DNA from: a virus
Virus record (IMG/VR): IMGVR_UViG_3300037851_000912
Coordinates: 1-63,330 of that record
Length of the DNA: 63,330 nt
Reading direction: 5' to 3' (one strand)
A program made the position numbers and the translations under genes. The notes below the pieces were generated by a model. The model ran no database searches and had not been told where the DNA came from. It saw only the letters and a program-made list of their open reading frames with translations. Positions within the stretch are counted from its first letter, which is position 1. Each line of letters opens with the position of its first letter. Below are positions 42,822 to 51,866 of the stretch, piece by piece.

Positions 42822-43739
42822 ATGGACCCGGTAGAGAGCACAGCGATGGTGGTGCACAGCAGCTCGGGGCTCGTCGTCGGAGGCTCGATGGCCGACCTGA
42901 CGGAGGGCGAGTTCGAGGCGAGACTGGTCGCGCTGCAGACGCAGCAGCAGCGCATCGCCAAGGTCAAGCAGGCCGTGATGGTCGAGAACCAGGACTACGG
43001 CACGATCCCGGGCACGAAGCGACCGACGCTCCTGAAAGGCGGCGCAGAGAAGCTGTGCAACCTGAACGGGCTGGTCGCGAACATCGTCACGAAGCTGGTC
43101 GCCGGCAACGGCTACGACGAGCCGACGATCCGCTACGACGCGACGTGCACGCTCCACGTCGGGAGCTTTGAGGGACCGACGGTCGCGGTCGGCCACGGGA
43201 CCGCCTCGAGCTGGGAGCGGAAGTACCGCTACGTCAGCCAGAAGGGTTCGCTCGTCTGCCCCGACTGCGACCGGCCGGGCGTGGTCCTGACCCGGCGCGG
43301 GGTGTACTGGCATCCGCTGGACGCGCAGCCCGACGGCGGCTGCGGTGGCAACTTCGCGAAAGACGACCCACAGCTGCTGATCCTGCCCGGACAGAAGATC
43401 GAGGACCCCGACCCGTGGGACAAGGCGAACACACTCCTGAAGATGGCCGAGAAGCGCGCCCACGTCGACGCGACGCTGCGGGCCACGGCCACGTCGGGAC
43501 TGTTCACGCAGGACGCCGAGGACATCGAGCCGCCGGCCCGCCTCGACGCGGCGGTCGACGACGGCGAGGTCGCGCCACCCGAGGGGTCGATGGGCTGGTA
43601 CAAGCAGCAGGTGAAGGGCATCGAGGTCCAGATCGCCGAGGCCGCGGTCGACCTCGGGTTCACAGGGCGGAAGCCGCTCGACTTGCAGCCGGCCGAGCGC
43701 GTCCTGCTGGTGAAGCAGGCCAGGATGAAGGCCGAATGA
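42822..43739 (+). CDS. Putative single-strand annealing / recombination protein (ERF/Rad52-like) with a Zn-ribbon insert
   Basis: ATG 42822, 7 nt after GGAGGTG. QDYGTIPGTKRPTLLKGGAEKL, LLKMAEKRAHVDATLRATATSGLFTQDAED, and CPDCDRPG...CGGN. Confidence 0.45.
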   Translation: MDPVESTAMVVHSSSGLVVGGSMADLTEGEFEARLVALQTQQQRIAKVKQAVMVENQDYGTIPGTKRPTLLKGGAEKLCNLNGLVANIVTKLVAGNGYDEPTIRYDATCTLHVGSFEGPTVAVGHGTASSWERKYRYVSQKGSLVCPDCDRPGVVLTRRGVYWHPLDAQPDGGCGGNFAKDDPQLLILPGQKIEDPDPWDKANTLLKMAEKRAHVDATLRATATSGLFTQDAEDIEPPARLDAAVDDGEVAPPEGSMGWYKQQVKGIEVQIAEAAVDLGFTGRKPLDLQPAERVLLVKQARMKAE

Positions 43740-44836
43740 AGCTGCTTCACGCCGCAGACCTGCACATCGGGTTTAGCGTCCCGGGGCTGCCGAGCGCGCA
43801 GTACCACGCGCTGCACGAACTGACGGAGGCCGCCATCGACCGGAAGGTCGACGCGGTGATTTGGGCCGGCGACACGTTCCACAGCCGACGGCCGTCGCCG
43901 GCCGACCTGCTCGTCGCGGTGCGAGCTGCGAACCGGCTCCGGCAGGCCGGTGTCGAGCTGTTCGTCGGGACCGGGAACCACGACGGGTACACCGCGATCG
44001 GGAACGCCGACTCGCACACGCTCGGCTGGTGGGCCGCCCTCGAGTCGGCGCTCGACGACGGCCGCGGCGAGATCCACGTGATGACCGAGGCCCGGGTGTA
44101 CCGCGGCGGGCTCGCCGTGGCGCATCTGCCGTACCCGCACCGCAGGCTGGTCGCCGGGACGGAGCTCACGCCGCAGGAGCAGGTGGCCGAGGCCGGCCGG
44201 ATCGCCACGCGGACGGTCGTCGACCTCGCCGAGCAGAGCGCCGACCTGCTGGTTGCGCACGTGTCGTTCGAGGGCGCCAGCCTTGGCTCCGAAGCGGCGA
44301 TGCGGATGGGCTGGGACGCGATGCTCGACCCGGTCGTTCTCGAGGCGTTTCCGTACGTCGCGCTTGGGCACGTCCACGTGCAGCAGGAGATCGCCGAGAA
44401 CGCCTGGTACGCCGGGTCGCTCGTCCCGATGGGCTGGGGCGACACGGCGACCGGGTTCCTCGTCGTCGAGGACGGGACCGTCGCGAAGGTGGTGCCGGCG
44501 TCGTCTCCGAGCTGGCTGACGGCCGAGCTGGACGACTGGCCCGGCACGTTCGACGGCGAGGTCGGGCCGCGGTCGCTCGTCCGCGTCATTCTGCGCCAGA
44601 GCCCCGACCCGCGGCTGGCCCGCAGGGTCGTTGACGAGCTGCGGGCCAGCGGCGCAGCATTCGTGAAGGTGCAGTTCGCACCGCCGGAAAAGGAGCGCCG
44701 GCAGGTGGTGGTCGACCGCCTCGACGTCGAGGACCTGATCGCCAGCTGGTGCCGCCGGAACAGCGTCGACGACGAGGCCGTGCCGGTCATGGCGCGGGAC
44801 GTCGTGCAGCATGTGAGGGAACGACGAAGTGGATGA
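43736..44836 (+). CDS. sbcD: SbcD/Mre11-family nuclease
   Basis: MKLLHAADLHIG, WAGDTFH, GTGNHD and ALGHVHV are the phosphoesterase motifs I-V. Confidence 0.85.
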   Translation: MKLLHAADLHIGFSVPGLPSAQYHALHELTEAAIDRKVDAVIWAGDTFHSRRPSPADLLVAVRAANRLRQAGVELFVGTGNHDGYTAIGNADSHTLGWWAALESALDDGRGEIHVMTEARVYRGGLAVAHLPYPHRRLVAGTELTPQEQVAEAGRIATRTVVDLAEQSADLLVAHVSFEGASLGSEAAMRMGWDAMLDPVVLEAFPYVALGHVHVQQEIAENAWYAGSLVPMGWGDTATGFLVVEDGTVAKVVPASSPSWLTAELDDWPGTFDGEVGPRSLVRVILRQSPDPRLARRVVDELRASGAAFVKVQFAPPEKERRQVVVDRLDVEDLIASWCRRNSVDDEAVPVMARDVVQHVRERRSG

Positions 44837-45200
44837 CCTGAAGGTCGGCAGCGCGAAGTTCGAGTCCGCCACCGAGAGCGCCAGCGGGGCGGCCGGGCGC
44901 AAGGGCTCCTGCAAGTTCGTCGTCTCGGTCGACGGCGCCGTCGCGATGATCGAGAGCGACTTCGCCGAGCAAGCGTACGACGTCGCGTTCGACAAGGTCG
45001 AGATCGGCAAGGGCCTGACCGTCCAGGCCGTCAGCGTCCGACGCGGAGCCGAGAACGAGATGGCGTCGGCCATCGTGTTCGCCGTCCCCGAGTCGGCTTG
45101 CGACATGCTCGCGAAGGCCATGCGCCAAGTCGGCTCGTACGGGCAGCTCGTCCTGACGCCGAACCAGCTGGCGTTCGACCTCGTGGCGAAGGCCGAGTGA
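44829..45200 (+). CDS. Hypothetical protein lying between sbcD and sbcC
   Basis: GTG 44829 overlaps the sbcD stop. High GC3. Confidence 0.55.
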   Translation: MDDLKVGSAKFESATESASGAAGRKGSCKFVVSVDGAVAMIESDFAEQAYDVAFDKVEIGKGLTVQAVSVRRGAENEMASAIVFAVPESACDMLAKAMRQVGSYGQLVLTPNQLAFDLVAKAE

Positions 45201-45207
45201 CCGAGCC

Positions 45208-47193
45208 GTGCGCCTGGTCCGCATCGAGGCGCGAGACTTCGCGCAGTACGACGCCCTCGACCTCGATCTGAGCCAAGTCCAGTCCGTCGCCGTCGTCGGG
45301 GAGAACGGGAGCGGCAAGAGCCGGCTGCTGGACGCCGTGCTGTGGTCGCTGTACGGCCGCTCGCCCGACGGCGGCACGGTCGACCGGCTCGTCCGACGCG
45401 GCGAGCGGACGATGCGGGTGCGAACGACGTGGGACAAGGACGGCACCGAGGTCGTCGTCCAGCGAGAGCGGTCGATCGCCACGAAGGCCGGCGAGTCCAC
45501 GCTCGACCTGCGGGTCGACGGGCTGCGCCGGACGAAGCACACGATCGCCGAGACGCAGGCCGTCATCGACGCCCTCGTCGGGCTCCCGTACGCGGTGATG
45601 CTGGCCGGGTCGGTCATGGTGCAGGGTCAGTCGGATGCGCTGATGGCCGCCGACCCGGCCGAGCGCAAGACCGTCCTCGGCCGGCTGTTCGGGCTCGATG
45701 AGTACGCCCTGTTCCACGACGAAGCGAAGGCCCGGGTCGCCGACGACCAGGGCCGTCTTGCGTTCCTCGGCGCCGAGATCGAACGCCTCGAGGAGCTGCT
45801 GGCGGCGGCCGCCCGCGACGAGATCGAGGAGCGCCACGCCGCAGCCGAGGCCGAGGCCCAGCGGGCAAGGATGGAGCTCGAGTCGGTCCGTCGCCGAGTC
45901 GACGCGCTGCGGACCGAAGCCGAAGTGCTGCATGAGAAGGGCAAGCGACTGAACGAGCTCGATGAGCGGCTGCAGGCCACGAACGCCCGGGCGACGATGG
46001 CTCACGACCGGCTCGAGCAGCTTGGGCGGCAGGAGACCGCCGCGAAGGCCGAGCTGGAAGGCCCGTACGTCGCCGACCCGCTGCTCCGGTCGGCGATCGT
46101 CGCCGTCCGGAGCGCGAAGGCCGAGCTCGACGAGGCGCAGCTGGAACGGGCCGGCGTCGCGGCGAAGGTGAACCAGCTGAAAGCGGCGCTCGTCACCGCC
46201 GAGCAGCACGGGCTCTGCGACCGTTGCCCGTTCCGCGTCGACGTCGGCGAGTTCCGGTCGCTCGAGGAACGGGCGAACCGGCTCGACGACCGGCTGGCCG
46301 AGCTGCGGATGGCGGCGGCCGCCCTGCCGGAGATGGAGGCTGCGCTGGCTCGGCAGGAAGCCCACGACGTCCGGCGACAGATGCTCGCCGGGCTGGAACA
46401 GATGACGAGCGCCCTGCGCGAACAGGAGCAGTCGGCGAACGATGAAGCGACCAGGATCAACGCGGAACGCCTGCGGCTGCAGCAGGAGGCCGACCGGATG
46501 ATTGTTGTCGCGTCGCTGCTGCAGGAGGCCGTTCAGGCGTTCCAGACGGCCGAGGAAGCCACGACACGGGCCGATGCGGAGCTCCGGCGTCTGGATGCCC
46601 GGGTCGAGGAGTTGCGGCTGTCCAGGGCGCTTCTGGAGCGTCGCGCAGCCGACGGCCAGACGTTGCGCGAGCGGGTCGAGCGGGGCAGACTCGTTGAGCG
46701 GATGTTCCACCGCGACGGGATACCGGCGATGGTGCTGGCGCAGGGGCTGGCGATGATCGAGACGAAGGCGAACGACGTGCTGGGACGGATGCCGGGTGGG
46801 CTTCGGATGGCGCTCTTGACCGAGCGGCAGACCAAGGCCGGGACGACCCGCGACACGCTCGACGTCGTGGTCGACCAGGACGGCCACGAGACGGCGTATG
46901 AGCTGCTGTCCGGGGCCGAGCGGTTCCGCGTCGACTTCGCGCTCCGCCTTGGGGTCGCGGAGGTGCTGGCGCACCGGACCGGGGCCGCGTTCGACACGCT
47001 GTGGCTGGACGAGCCGTTCAGCGCGCAGGACCGCAAGGCGCTCGAGACGCTGATGGAGTGCCTGAGCTCCGTCGCCGGCGACTTCGGGCTGATGGTCGTC
47101 GTCACGCATCAGCCGGAGGTCGCCGATCGCTTCCCGGCGCGGGTCGTCGTGACGAAGGAGGACGGCGTCGCGACGGCCGAGCTCGCCGCCTGA
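45208..47193 (+). CDS. sbcC: SbcC/Rad50-family ATPase
   Basis: VVGENGSGKSRLLDA is Walker A. A long coiled coil carries the CDRCPF zinc hook. SGAERFRV is the signature motif and LWLDEPF is Walker B. Confidence 0.85.
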   Translation: MRLVRIEARDFAQYDALDLDLSQVQSVAVVGENGSGKSRLLDAVLWSLYGRSPDGGTVDRLVRRGERTMRVRTTWDKDGTEVVVQRERSIATKAGESTLDLRVDGLRRTKHTIAETQAVIDALVGLPYAVMLAGSVMVQGQSDALMAADPAERKTVLGRLFGLDEYALFHDEAKARVADDQGRLAFLGAEIERLEELLAAAARDEIEERHAAAEAEAQRARMELESVRRRVDALRTEAEVLHEKGKRLNELDERLQATNARATMAHDRLEQLGRQETAAKAELEGPYVADPLLRSAIVAVRSAKAELDEAQLERAGVAAKVNQLKAALVTAEQHGLCDRCPFRVDVGEFRSLEERANRLDDRLAELRMAAAALPEMEAALARQEAHDVRRQMLAGLEQMTSALREQEQSANDEATRINAERLRLQQEADRMIVVASLLQEAVQAFQTAEEATTRADAELRRLDARVEELRLSRALLERRAADGQTLRERVERGRLVERMFHRDGIPAMVLAQGLAMIETKANDVLGRMPGGLRMALLTERQTKAGTTRDTLDVVVDQDGHETAYELLSGAERFRVDFALRLGVAEVLAHRTGAAFDTLWLDEPFSAQDRKALETLMECLSSVAGDFGLMVVVTHQPEVADRFPARVVVTKEDGVATAELAA

Positions 47194-47405
47194 TGGAGAA
47201 GGTCAAGGCGCTGCCGGACGGACGGGTGGTCGACCGATGGGGCGTGGTGTGGGAGGTCCCGCAGATGATGACGCCGGTCGGGTTCGATCGGTGCGAGTGT
47301 CAGGTCGACGTGCTCGTCGTCGACACGGTGATCGGCGGGACGGTGCGGCTGAACGACACGGGCCGGCTGCACCGCTGCCCGCTCCGTGCGAAACGAACGC
47401 GATGA
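47193..47405 (+). CDS. Hypothetical protein
   Basis: ATG 47193 (TGATG overlap). Confidence 0.55.
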   Translation: MEKVKALPDGRVVDRWGVVWEVPQMMTPVGFDRCECQVDVLVVDTVIGGTVRLNDTGRLHRCPLRAKRTR

Positions 47406-47635
47406 CAGGCATCGTCGCGGCTATGCTGGCCGAGGGTCGACTGCCGTTTGTGCGCTGCGCGATTGACGGCGAGACGCCCGCCGAAGTGGCCTCGGATGGC
47501 CGGGAATGGGTCGTGGCCTGCGGTGCTTGCGCCGGGCCGTACTCGATGGACGAGATCGTCTGGCTCCTGCCATCCGAGGCCGCGAAGCGCGGCTGGTGGG
47601 TGACGGTTGTGGAGAAGGACAGACCGGTGCATTGA
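47402..47635 (+). CDS. Hypothetical protein
   Basis: ATGA overlap. Confidence 0.55.
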   Translation: MTGIVAAMLAEGRLPFVRCAIDGETPAEVASDGREWVVACGACAGPYSMDEIVWLLPSEAAKRGWWVTVVEKDRPVH

Positions 47636-48087
47636 TGAGGACGGTGGTGCCGTACACGCGCCTCGACGAACGGGTGCTGACAGCCCTGCGAGACGCCGGG
47701 GTCGAGCCGGAGCTGCGAGACGTGTCAGCCTCCGTGTACGCGTACTGGTCGCTCGTCAGAGAGCTGTGGGCGGCCGGCGACGACTTCGCCATCGTTGAGC
47801 ACGACATCGTCGTGCGGCCCGGGCTGCTGGACGAGTACGCGGGTTGTCCGGAGGCGTGGTGCGTCGCCTCGTACCACGTGACGCCGACCGCCGTGATGAA
47901 CAGCTTCGGGTGCGTCCGCTTCCGGGGCGTGCTGACCCGGGAGCACCCGGTGTTCGAGTCGCCGCGCCTGGCCGAGCCCGTGCGCTGGTGGTCGCTCGAC
48001 AGCACGGTCGAGATGGAGCTGATGGCGCGCCTTGGGCACGCGAAGTGCCAGCACGGCTACGTCGAGCACCTGCACGTGGTCGAGTGA
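47635..48087 (+). CDS. Hypothetical protein (150 aa)
   Basis: ATG 47635 (TGATG overlap). DFAIVEHDIVV is possibly DxD-like. No family call. Confidence 0.6.
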   Translation: MRTVVPYTRLDERVLTALRDAGVEPELRDVSASVYAYWSLVRELWAAGDDFAIVEHDIVVRPGLLDEYAGCPEAWCVASYHVTPTAVMNSFGCVRFRGVLTREHPVFESPRLAEPVRWWSLDSTVEMELMARLGHAKCQHGYVEHLHVVE

Positions 48088-48296
48088 TGGACGACATGTC
48101 GTTCGATTGGGTGCAGGTCGGCGCGACATGGCACATCGTGTGCAAGCACCTGTCGCGGATCGGCGATGTCGACACGGCCTGCGGGAGACGAGAAAGGGGC
48201 TTCCGGCTGCGCCCGGAGCCGCCGTACGACGACCGCTGTGCGGCGTGCGAAAAGATCCGGATCCGGCTGATGGCGATGCACGATGACCAGAGTTAG
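48087..48296 (+). CDS. Hypothetical Cys-containing protein
   Basis: ATG 48087 (TGATG overlap). Confidence 0.5.
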   Translation: MDDMSFDWVQVGATWHIVCKHLSRIGDVDTACGRRERGFRLRPEPPYDDRCAACEKIRIRLMAMHDDQS

Positions 48297-48603
48297 CGTC
48301 GACCCGGCCACGCACCGGCGCGTCCTCGACCGAGACGGGCGGTGCTTCCTGCTCCGGCTCGACCTGGCCCACGAGTGTCGCGACCGATGGGGCACGCCGC
48401 ACAGCCCGTACGACAAGAGCCGACTGACGGTCGATCACGTGGTGATGCCGACCGAGCGGGTGCCGTACGGGTCCGGCGGCATGAAAGGCAAGCGCCCGCC
48501 GCACGACGAGCGCCACCTCGTCGCGATGTGCTGGGCCGGCAACGTCGGGGTCCCGTCAGCGGAGGTCCGCGATGCAGAGCGGGCGTACCTCGCGGACGTT
48601 TGA
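48283..48603 (+). CDS. HNH-like endonuclease candidate
   Basis: VLDRDGRCFL...LTVDHV...HLVAMCWAGN. Confidence 0.4.
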   Translation: MTRVSVDPATHRRVLDRDGRCFLLRLDLAHECRDRWGTPHSPYDKSRLTVDHVVMPTERVPYGSGGMKGKRPPHDERHLVAMCWAGNVGVPSAEVRDAERAYLADV

Positions 48604-48970
48604 GGTCAGGATCCCAGGGACCCCGCCGACACCGAACGCGAGGCAGGGCCACATGGCGAAGGCCAGGGCCGCGAAGGCGTGGCGCCTCGCCGCTGTCGCC
48701 TATGCGCTCGACGTCCTCGAGGCCCTGCCGTTCCCGTGGGAGCCGCTGAGCGAGGCCGAGGTCAGCGTCGTGTTCATCGTGCCGGACAACCGGCGGCGCG
48801 ATTGGGACAACGCGATCGCGGCGCGGAAGCCGCTGATGGACGGGCTCGTCGACGCCGGCGTCCTGACCGACGACTCGAACCGGGTCGTGAAGCGGCTGTC
48901 GTACGGGTTCGTCGTGCAGCCTGGCATGTCGGGAACCGTGATCCGGGTCGAGTCATTCCGCACGGAATAG
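48572..48970 (+). CDS. rusA: RusA-family Holliday junction resolvase
   Basis: FEVRIPGTPPTPNAR, RRRDWDNAIAARKPLMDGLVDAGVLTDDS. Confidence 0.75.
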   Translation: MQSGRTSRTFEVRIPGTPPTPNARQGHMAKARAAKAWRLAAVAYALDVLEALPFPWEPLSEAEVSVVFIVPDNRRRDWDNAIAARKPLMDGLVDAGVLTDDSNRVVKRLSYGFVVQPGMSGTVIRVESFRTE

Positions 48971-48974
48971 ACTC
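48950..48974 (+). terminator. Hairpin element copy 8 (extended stem), overlapping the rusA stop
   Basis: GAGTCATTCC-GCAC-GGAATaGACTC. First element of cassette B, which by eye is about 80% identical to cassette A over ~115 nt. Confidence 0.7.
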
Positions 48975-49012
48975 GGGCCATCTGTACTGGCGCCTCTGAG
49001 CCAACATTCCCC

Positions 49013-49041
49013 TTGACGCCATAGACGTGCGCTGTCAACAT
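49013..49041 (+). promoter_or_regulatory. Sigma-70-type promoter, family copy B
   Basis: TTGACG, 17-nt spacer ending in TGT, CAACAT, then GAAGGTATGAAAACCACCGAC. Confidence 0.65.
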
Positions 49042-49098
49042 GAAGGTATGAAAACCACCGACCAGACGAAGGCGAACGGCGCCGCGCAAGTCGAGTGG

Positions 49099-49113
49099 TT
49101 GGAGGCAGAGGCG
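49099..49113 (+). promoter_or_regulatory. Start-associated motif TTGGAGGCAGAGGCG
   Basis: Abuts ATG 49114. Confidence 0.8.
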
Positions 49114-49374
49114 ATGAAGGCGATCGAGGCGACGTTCGTGGTCGAGAGCGACAGCCAGCCCGGGAAGTTCTACGCGGTCAACGTCGTCCGCGCCCGGCAG
49201 GGCGACCACGCCGGCGAGCTGTACCTGAGCTGCAGCTGCCCGGCCGGCCGGTACAGCTGGAGCCCCGCGGGGTTCCGTCCGTGCAAGCACAGTCGGCGCG
49301 TCATCGTGGCGCAGGCGATCAGCCTCGAGAACGGGCACTTCGCACGGCTGGGGCAGGAGGTCGTGGCCGCCTGA
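49114..49374 (+). CDS. SWIM zinc-finger protein
   Basis: CSCPAGRYSWSPAGFRPCKH follows the CxC-x(n)-CxH pattern. An in-frame alternative leaderless start lies at ATG 49048. Confidence 0.7.
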   Translation: MKAIEATFVVESDSQPGKFYAVNVVRARQGDHAGELYLSCSCPAGRYSWSPAGFRPCKHSRRVIVAQAISLENGHFARLGQEVVAA

Positions 49375-49387
49375 CAGACGCAGTAGG

Positions 49388-49402
49388 TTGGAGGCAGAGG
49401 CG
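49388..49402 (+). promoter_or_regulatory. Start-associated motif TTGGAGGCAGAGGCG
   Basis: Abuts ATG 49403. Confidence 0.8.
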
Positions 49403-49771
49403 ATGAAACTCGACCGGGCGAACCTGCGCGAAACCGTGCAGACGCCCTTCGTGCTCGGTCAGGTCGACTGGCCGAGCGGCACGCAGGTGTACGTGCGGAC
49501 GGTGGGGACGGCCCTCGACGATGTGGGCGACGTCTCCGAGATGCAGCGGTTCGCCCGCGGGACGCCGGTCATCGAGACGGATGCCCGGGGAGCCCGCCGA
49601 GCGGTCGCGACCCTGCGCGACATGTTCGTCGCGGAAGTCCAGAAGCGAGGAGCCGAGGTGCGGTTCCACCGTCACGACGACGGGCGAGGCTGGACGGTGA
49701 GCTTCGGGGCCACGGTCGAGGACGAGTTCTACGTTGACGGCCAGTTCGACGTCTGGTCAGAGCAGATCTAG
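49403..49771 (+). CDS. Hypothetical protein
   Basis: The motif abuts the ATG. High GC3. Confidence 0.7.
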   Translation: MKLDRANLRETVQTPFVLGQVDWPSGTQVYVRTVGTALDDVGDVSEMQRFARGTPVIETDARGARRAVATLRDMFVAEVQKRGAEVRFHRHDDGRGWTVSFGATVEDEFYVDGQFDVWSEQI

Positions 49772-49783
49772 GAGGCAGAGGCG
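49771..49783 (+). promoter_or_regulatory. Start-associated motif GGAGGCAGAGGCG
   Basis: Abuts ATG 49784. Confidence 0.8.
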
Positions 49784-50032
49784 ATGGGATACGACATGTC
49801 GAAGGAGGTCGGCTTGTGTTCTGACGACCGCTGCGGGCTCTGTCGGAGCCCGCAGTCCGGGTGGCGGCCGGGCTGCACGAACGCCGACTGCGCCCGCTGG
49901 GAAGGCCCGGTGCGCGCCGAGGAGAAGCCGATCAGCCCGGCCGAGTGGTCGGAGCGCAGGAGCCTGTTCGCCGGCATGACCGACGACGAGTGGCTGGCGT
50001 GGCGGAACGCGAACATGGCAGGAGGCGAGTGA
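49784..50032 (+). CDS. Hypothetical Cys-rich protein
   Basis: CSDDRCGLC...CTNADC. Confidence 0.65.
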   Translation: MGYDMSKEVGLCSDDRCGLCRSPQSGWRPGCTNADCARWEGPVRAEEKPISPAEWSERRSLFAGMTDDEWLAWRNANMAGGE

Positions 50033-50358
50033 TGAGACTGCTGGACGAGTACCCGGAAGGACATGTCGGCGACCCGACGCGAGAGTCGGTCGACGAGGTG
50101 AGCCTCGAGTCGTGGTGGCTGGACGCGGATGGGACGCGCTACCGGCTGCTCGTCGGGCGCCTCGACGACGAGACGCTGCTGTGCGCTGGCGTCGGCTCGG
50201 CGAAAGGCGACTGGGCGGTGTTCGCCCGGGTCGTCCCCGCGCCGAAGGGGTCGGACGTCGCGTGGTCGTACCTCGCCGAGAAACTGAAGCTGCGCGACGG
50301 CGACCGCCCCGGGTTCAGCCGGTTGATCGCGGCGGCGACCGGCTGGGAGGTGTTCTGA
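50032..50358 (+). CDS. Hypothetical protein
   Basis: ATG 50032 (TGATG overlap). Confidence 0.6.
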   Translation: MRLLDEYPEGHVGDPTRESVDEVSLESWWLDADGTRYRLLVGRLDDETLLCAGVGSAKGDWAVFARVVPAPKGSDVAWSYLAEKLKLRDGDRPGFSRLIAAATGWEVF

Positions 50359-50648
50359 TGAAGCGTCCGAGTCAGCTGGGCGGCGTCGACCAGGCGCACC
50401 CGGTCCGGCCGGTGAACCGAGCGGCGCGTGACGCCTCCGTCCGATGGGCCGTTCGCCACGCACACGAGCTTGGCGACGTCCGGGCGATGGAGGTCGCGCA
50501 GAACGCGCTCGACGACGCGTTCAGACCGTTGTACAGCCCCACGATCGAAGACGGTCTGCGCCGAACTAGCGAGGCTGACGAGGGCATGAGGGCCATGCGC
50601 CACGTGCTCGGCCTCGATGATGACCGGGGTCGAGGAAGGGAGCTGTGA
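50358..50648 (+). CDS. Hypothetical protein
   Basis: ATG 50358 (TGATG overlap). Confidence 0.6.
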   Translation: MKRPSQLGGVDQAHPVRPVNRAARDASVRWAVRHAHELGDVRAMEVAQNALDDAFRPLYSPTIEDGLRRTSEADEGMRAMRHVLGLDDDRGRGREL

Positions 50649-50851
50649 CCGAGCACGCGTTCAGGATCTCAGCCTACGGCGGGCGGTGCGCGACGTGCGC
50701 CGCCCGGCCGGGCACTTCGCCGCTGTGCAGGGCGCCGGTTGCGCCATCGCCCGCGCCTCCCGGCGCCCTGCAGACCGGCCAAGGCGGCCCGGCAGCAAGA
50801 GGAGGCCCCGATGGGCGCAGAGAGAGTCCGGCACGCGAAGTCCGTTCGTGA
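50645..50851 (+). CDS. Possible small Pro/Ala-rich ORF
   Basis: GTG 50645 with GTGA overlap. It overlaps the next gene by 41 nt and has low-complexity composition. Confidence 0.3.
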   Translation: MTEHAFRISAYGGRCATCAARPGTSPLCRAPVAPSPAPPGALQTGQGGPAARGGPDGRRESPAREVRS

Positions 50852-51080
50852 GGCCGAGCAGCTGCGTGACGAGTTCGTCACGCTTGGGTACAAGGTCGAG
50901 TCGACCGGCGAAGCGACGACGGTCGTCAAGAAGTCGACGTGGGGCTCGGTCGCCGGGCACCTCGGCGTCGCGCTCCTGACCGTCTGGTGGACGTTCGGGC
51001 TCGGGAACCTCGCGTACGCGCTGATCGCGCACAAGAGCGACGAGGTCCTGATCCGCGTCGACACGGACGAGACGGCGTAG
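50811..51080 (+). CDS. Small membrane-associated protein
   Basis: ATG 50811 after GAGGAGG. TM-like segment GHLGVALLTVWWTFGLGNLAYALI. Confidence 0.65.
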   Translation: MGAERVRHAKSVREAEQLRDEFVTLGYKVESTGEATTVVKKSTWGSVAGHLGVALLTVWWTFGLGNLAYALIAHKSDEVLIRVDTDETA

Positions 51081-51083
51081 CTG

Positions 51084-51095
51084 GGAGGCAGAGGC
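51084..51095 (+). promoter_or_regulatory. Start-associated motif GGAGGCAGAGGC
   Basis: Abuts ATG 51096. Confidence 0.75.
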
Positions 51096-51308
51096 ATGAC
51101 ACGCGGCGTCTCGGTCGAGATGACCGAGGAGAAGGAGACGAAGAACACCGTCCGGTTCGCCGAGCTGTTCGACGGCGAGGCCGACACCGCGGTGATCGGG
51201 ACGCTGTACGTCCCGAAGCACACGCTGAACGAGCTCGCCAAGGGCGCGGCGCTGCCGAAGGGCCAGCCGCTGCACCTGCGCGTGACGATCGAGGTGGTGT
51301 ACCCGTGA
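51096..51308 (+). CDS. Hypothetical protein
   Basis: The motif abuts the ATG. Confidence 0.65.
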   Translation: MTRGVSVEMTEEKETKNTVRFAELFDGEADTAVIGTLYVPKHTLNELAKGAALPKGQPLHLRVTIEVVYP

Positions 51309-51652
51309 CCCTGAAGCCGGGCGACATCGTGTCGCTGAACGAGGTCGGCCAGTCGCTTGCGGCTGGCGCGGCCCTGACGTCCGAGGACCGCATCGTGACC
51401 GAGGACACCGCGTGGGAGCGGATGACCGCCGGCAAGATGCTGCTGTGGTTGCAGGAGTCGCTGGAAGCCGGCGAGATCACCGGCGAGACGCTGCTCTGCG
51501 CCGACAGCGACCCGGAGGGCAACGGGATGCACCCGCTCCGCCGGGCCGTGTACTTCGGCAAGATCGACGAGGCGCCGAACGCCATGCACCCGGAGTGGGT
51601 GGACGAGGCCAAGGTGCCGTCCGAGGCCGTCTGCTTCGGAGTGGGGTACTGA
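51305..51652 (+). CDS. Hypothetical protein
   Basis: GTG 51305 with GTGA overlap. Confidence 0.55.
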   Translation: MTLKPGDIVSLNEVGQSLAAGAALTSEDRIVTEDTAWERMTAGKMLLWLQESLEAGEITGETLLCADSDPEGNGMHPLRRAVYFGKIDEAPNAMHPEWVDEAKVPSEAVCFGVGY

Positions 51653-51653
51653 G

Positions 51654-51866
51654 ATGAAAGGACCGCAGACCGTGGCTGAGTGGCTGGACGAGTACGTCGA
51701 CAGCCATTCGGTGTACGACACGGGCAAGCTCGCGCAGCTGGAGCCGTTCGACGTCAAGAGCGCCGTCGGCGCCCGTGCGGCGAAATTGACGTACGGCGAA
51801 CGGTCGACGCTGCTGGCGCTGTCGCCGATCGGGACGCCTTCCGCGCCTATTTCGAGGAGGTCGTGA
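51654..51866 (+). CDS. Hypothetical protein
   Basis: ATG 51654. High GC3, although the 3' third is ambiguous against the overlapping frame. Confidence 0.45.
   Translation: MKGPQTVAEWLDEYVDSHSVYDTGKLAQLEPFDVKSAVGARAAKLTYGERSTLLALSPIGTPSAPISRRS

Noticed and set aside
49027-49113. Track start at 49027 (MRCQHEG...) for the SWIM protein, and 6325 for the 6349 gene
   Set aside because: These codons lie inside the promoter spacer and -10 element of the conserved cassette. The same 'peptide' QHEG arises from the conserved CAACATGAAGG promoter sequence in both copies.
51654-51866. Possible frameshift joining 51654..51866 to the 51680 frame
   Set aside because: Both frames have fairly high GC3 near 51780-51860, but there is no slippery heptamer. 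The GTGA-coupled two-gene model needs no special event.
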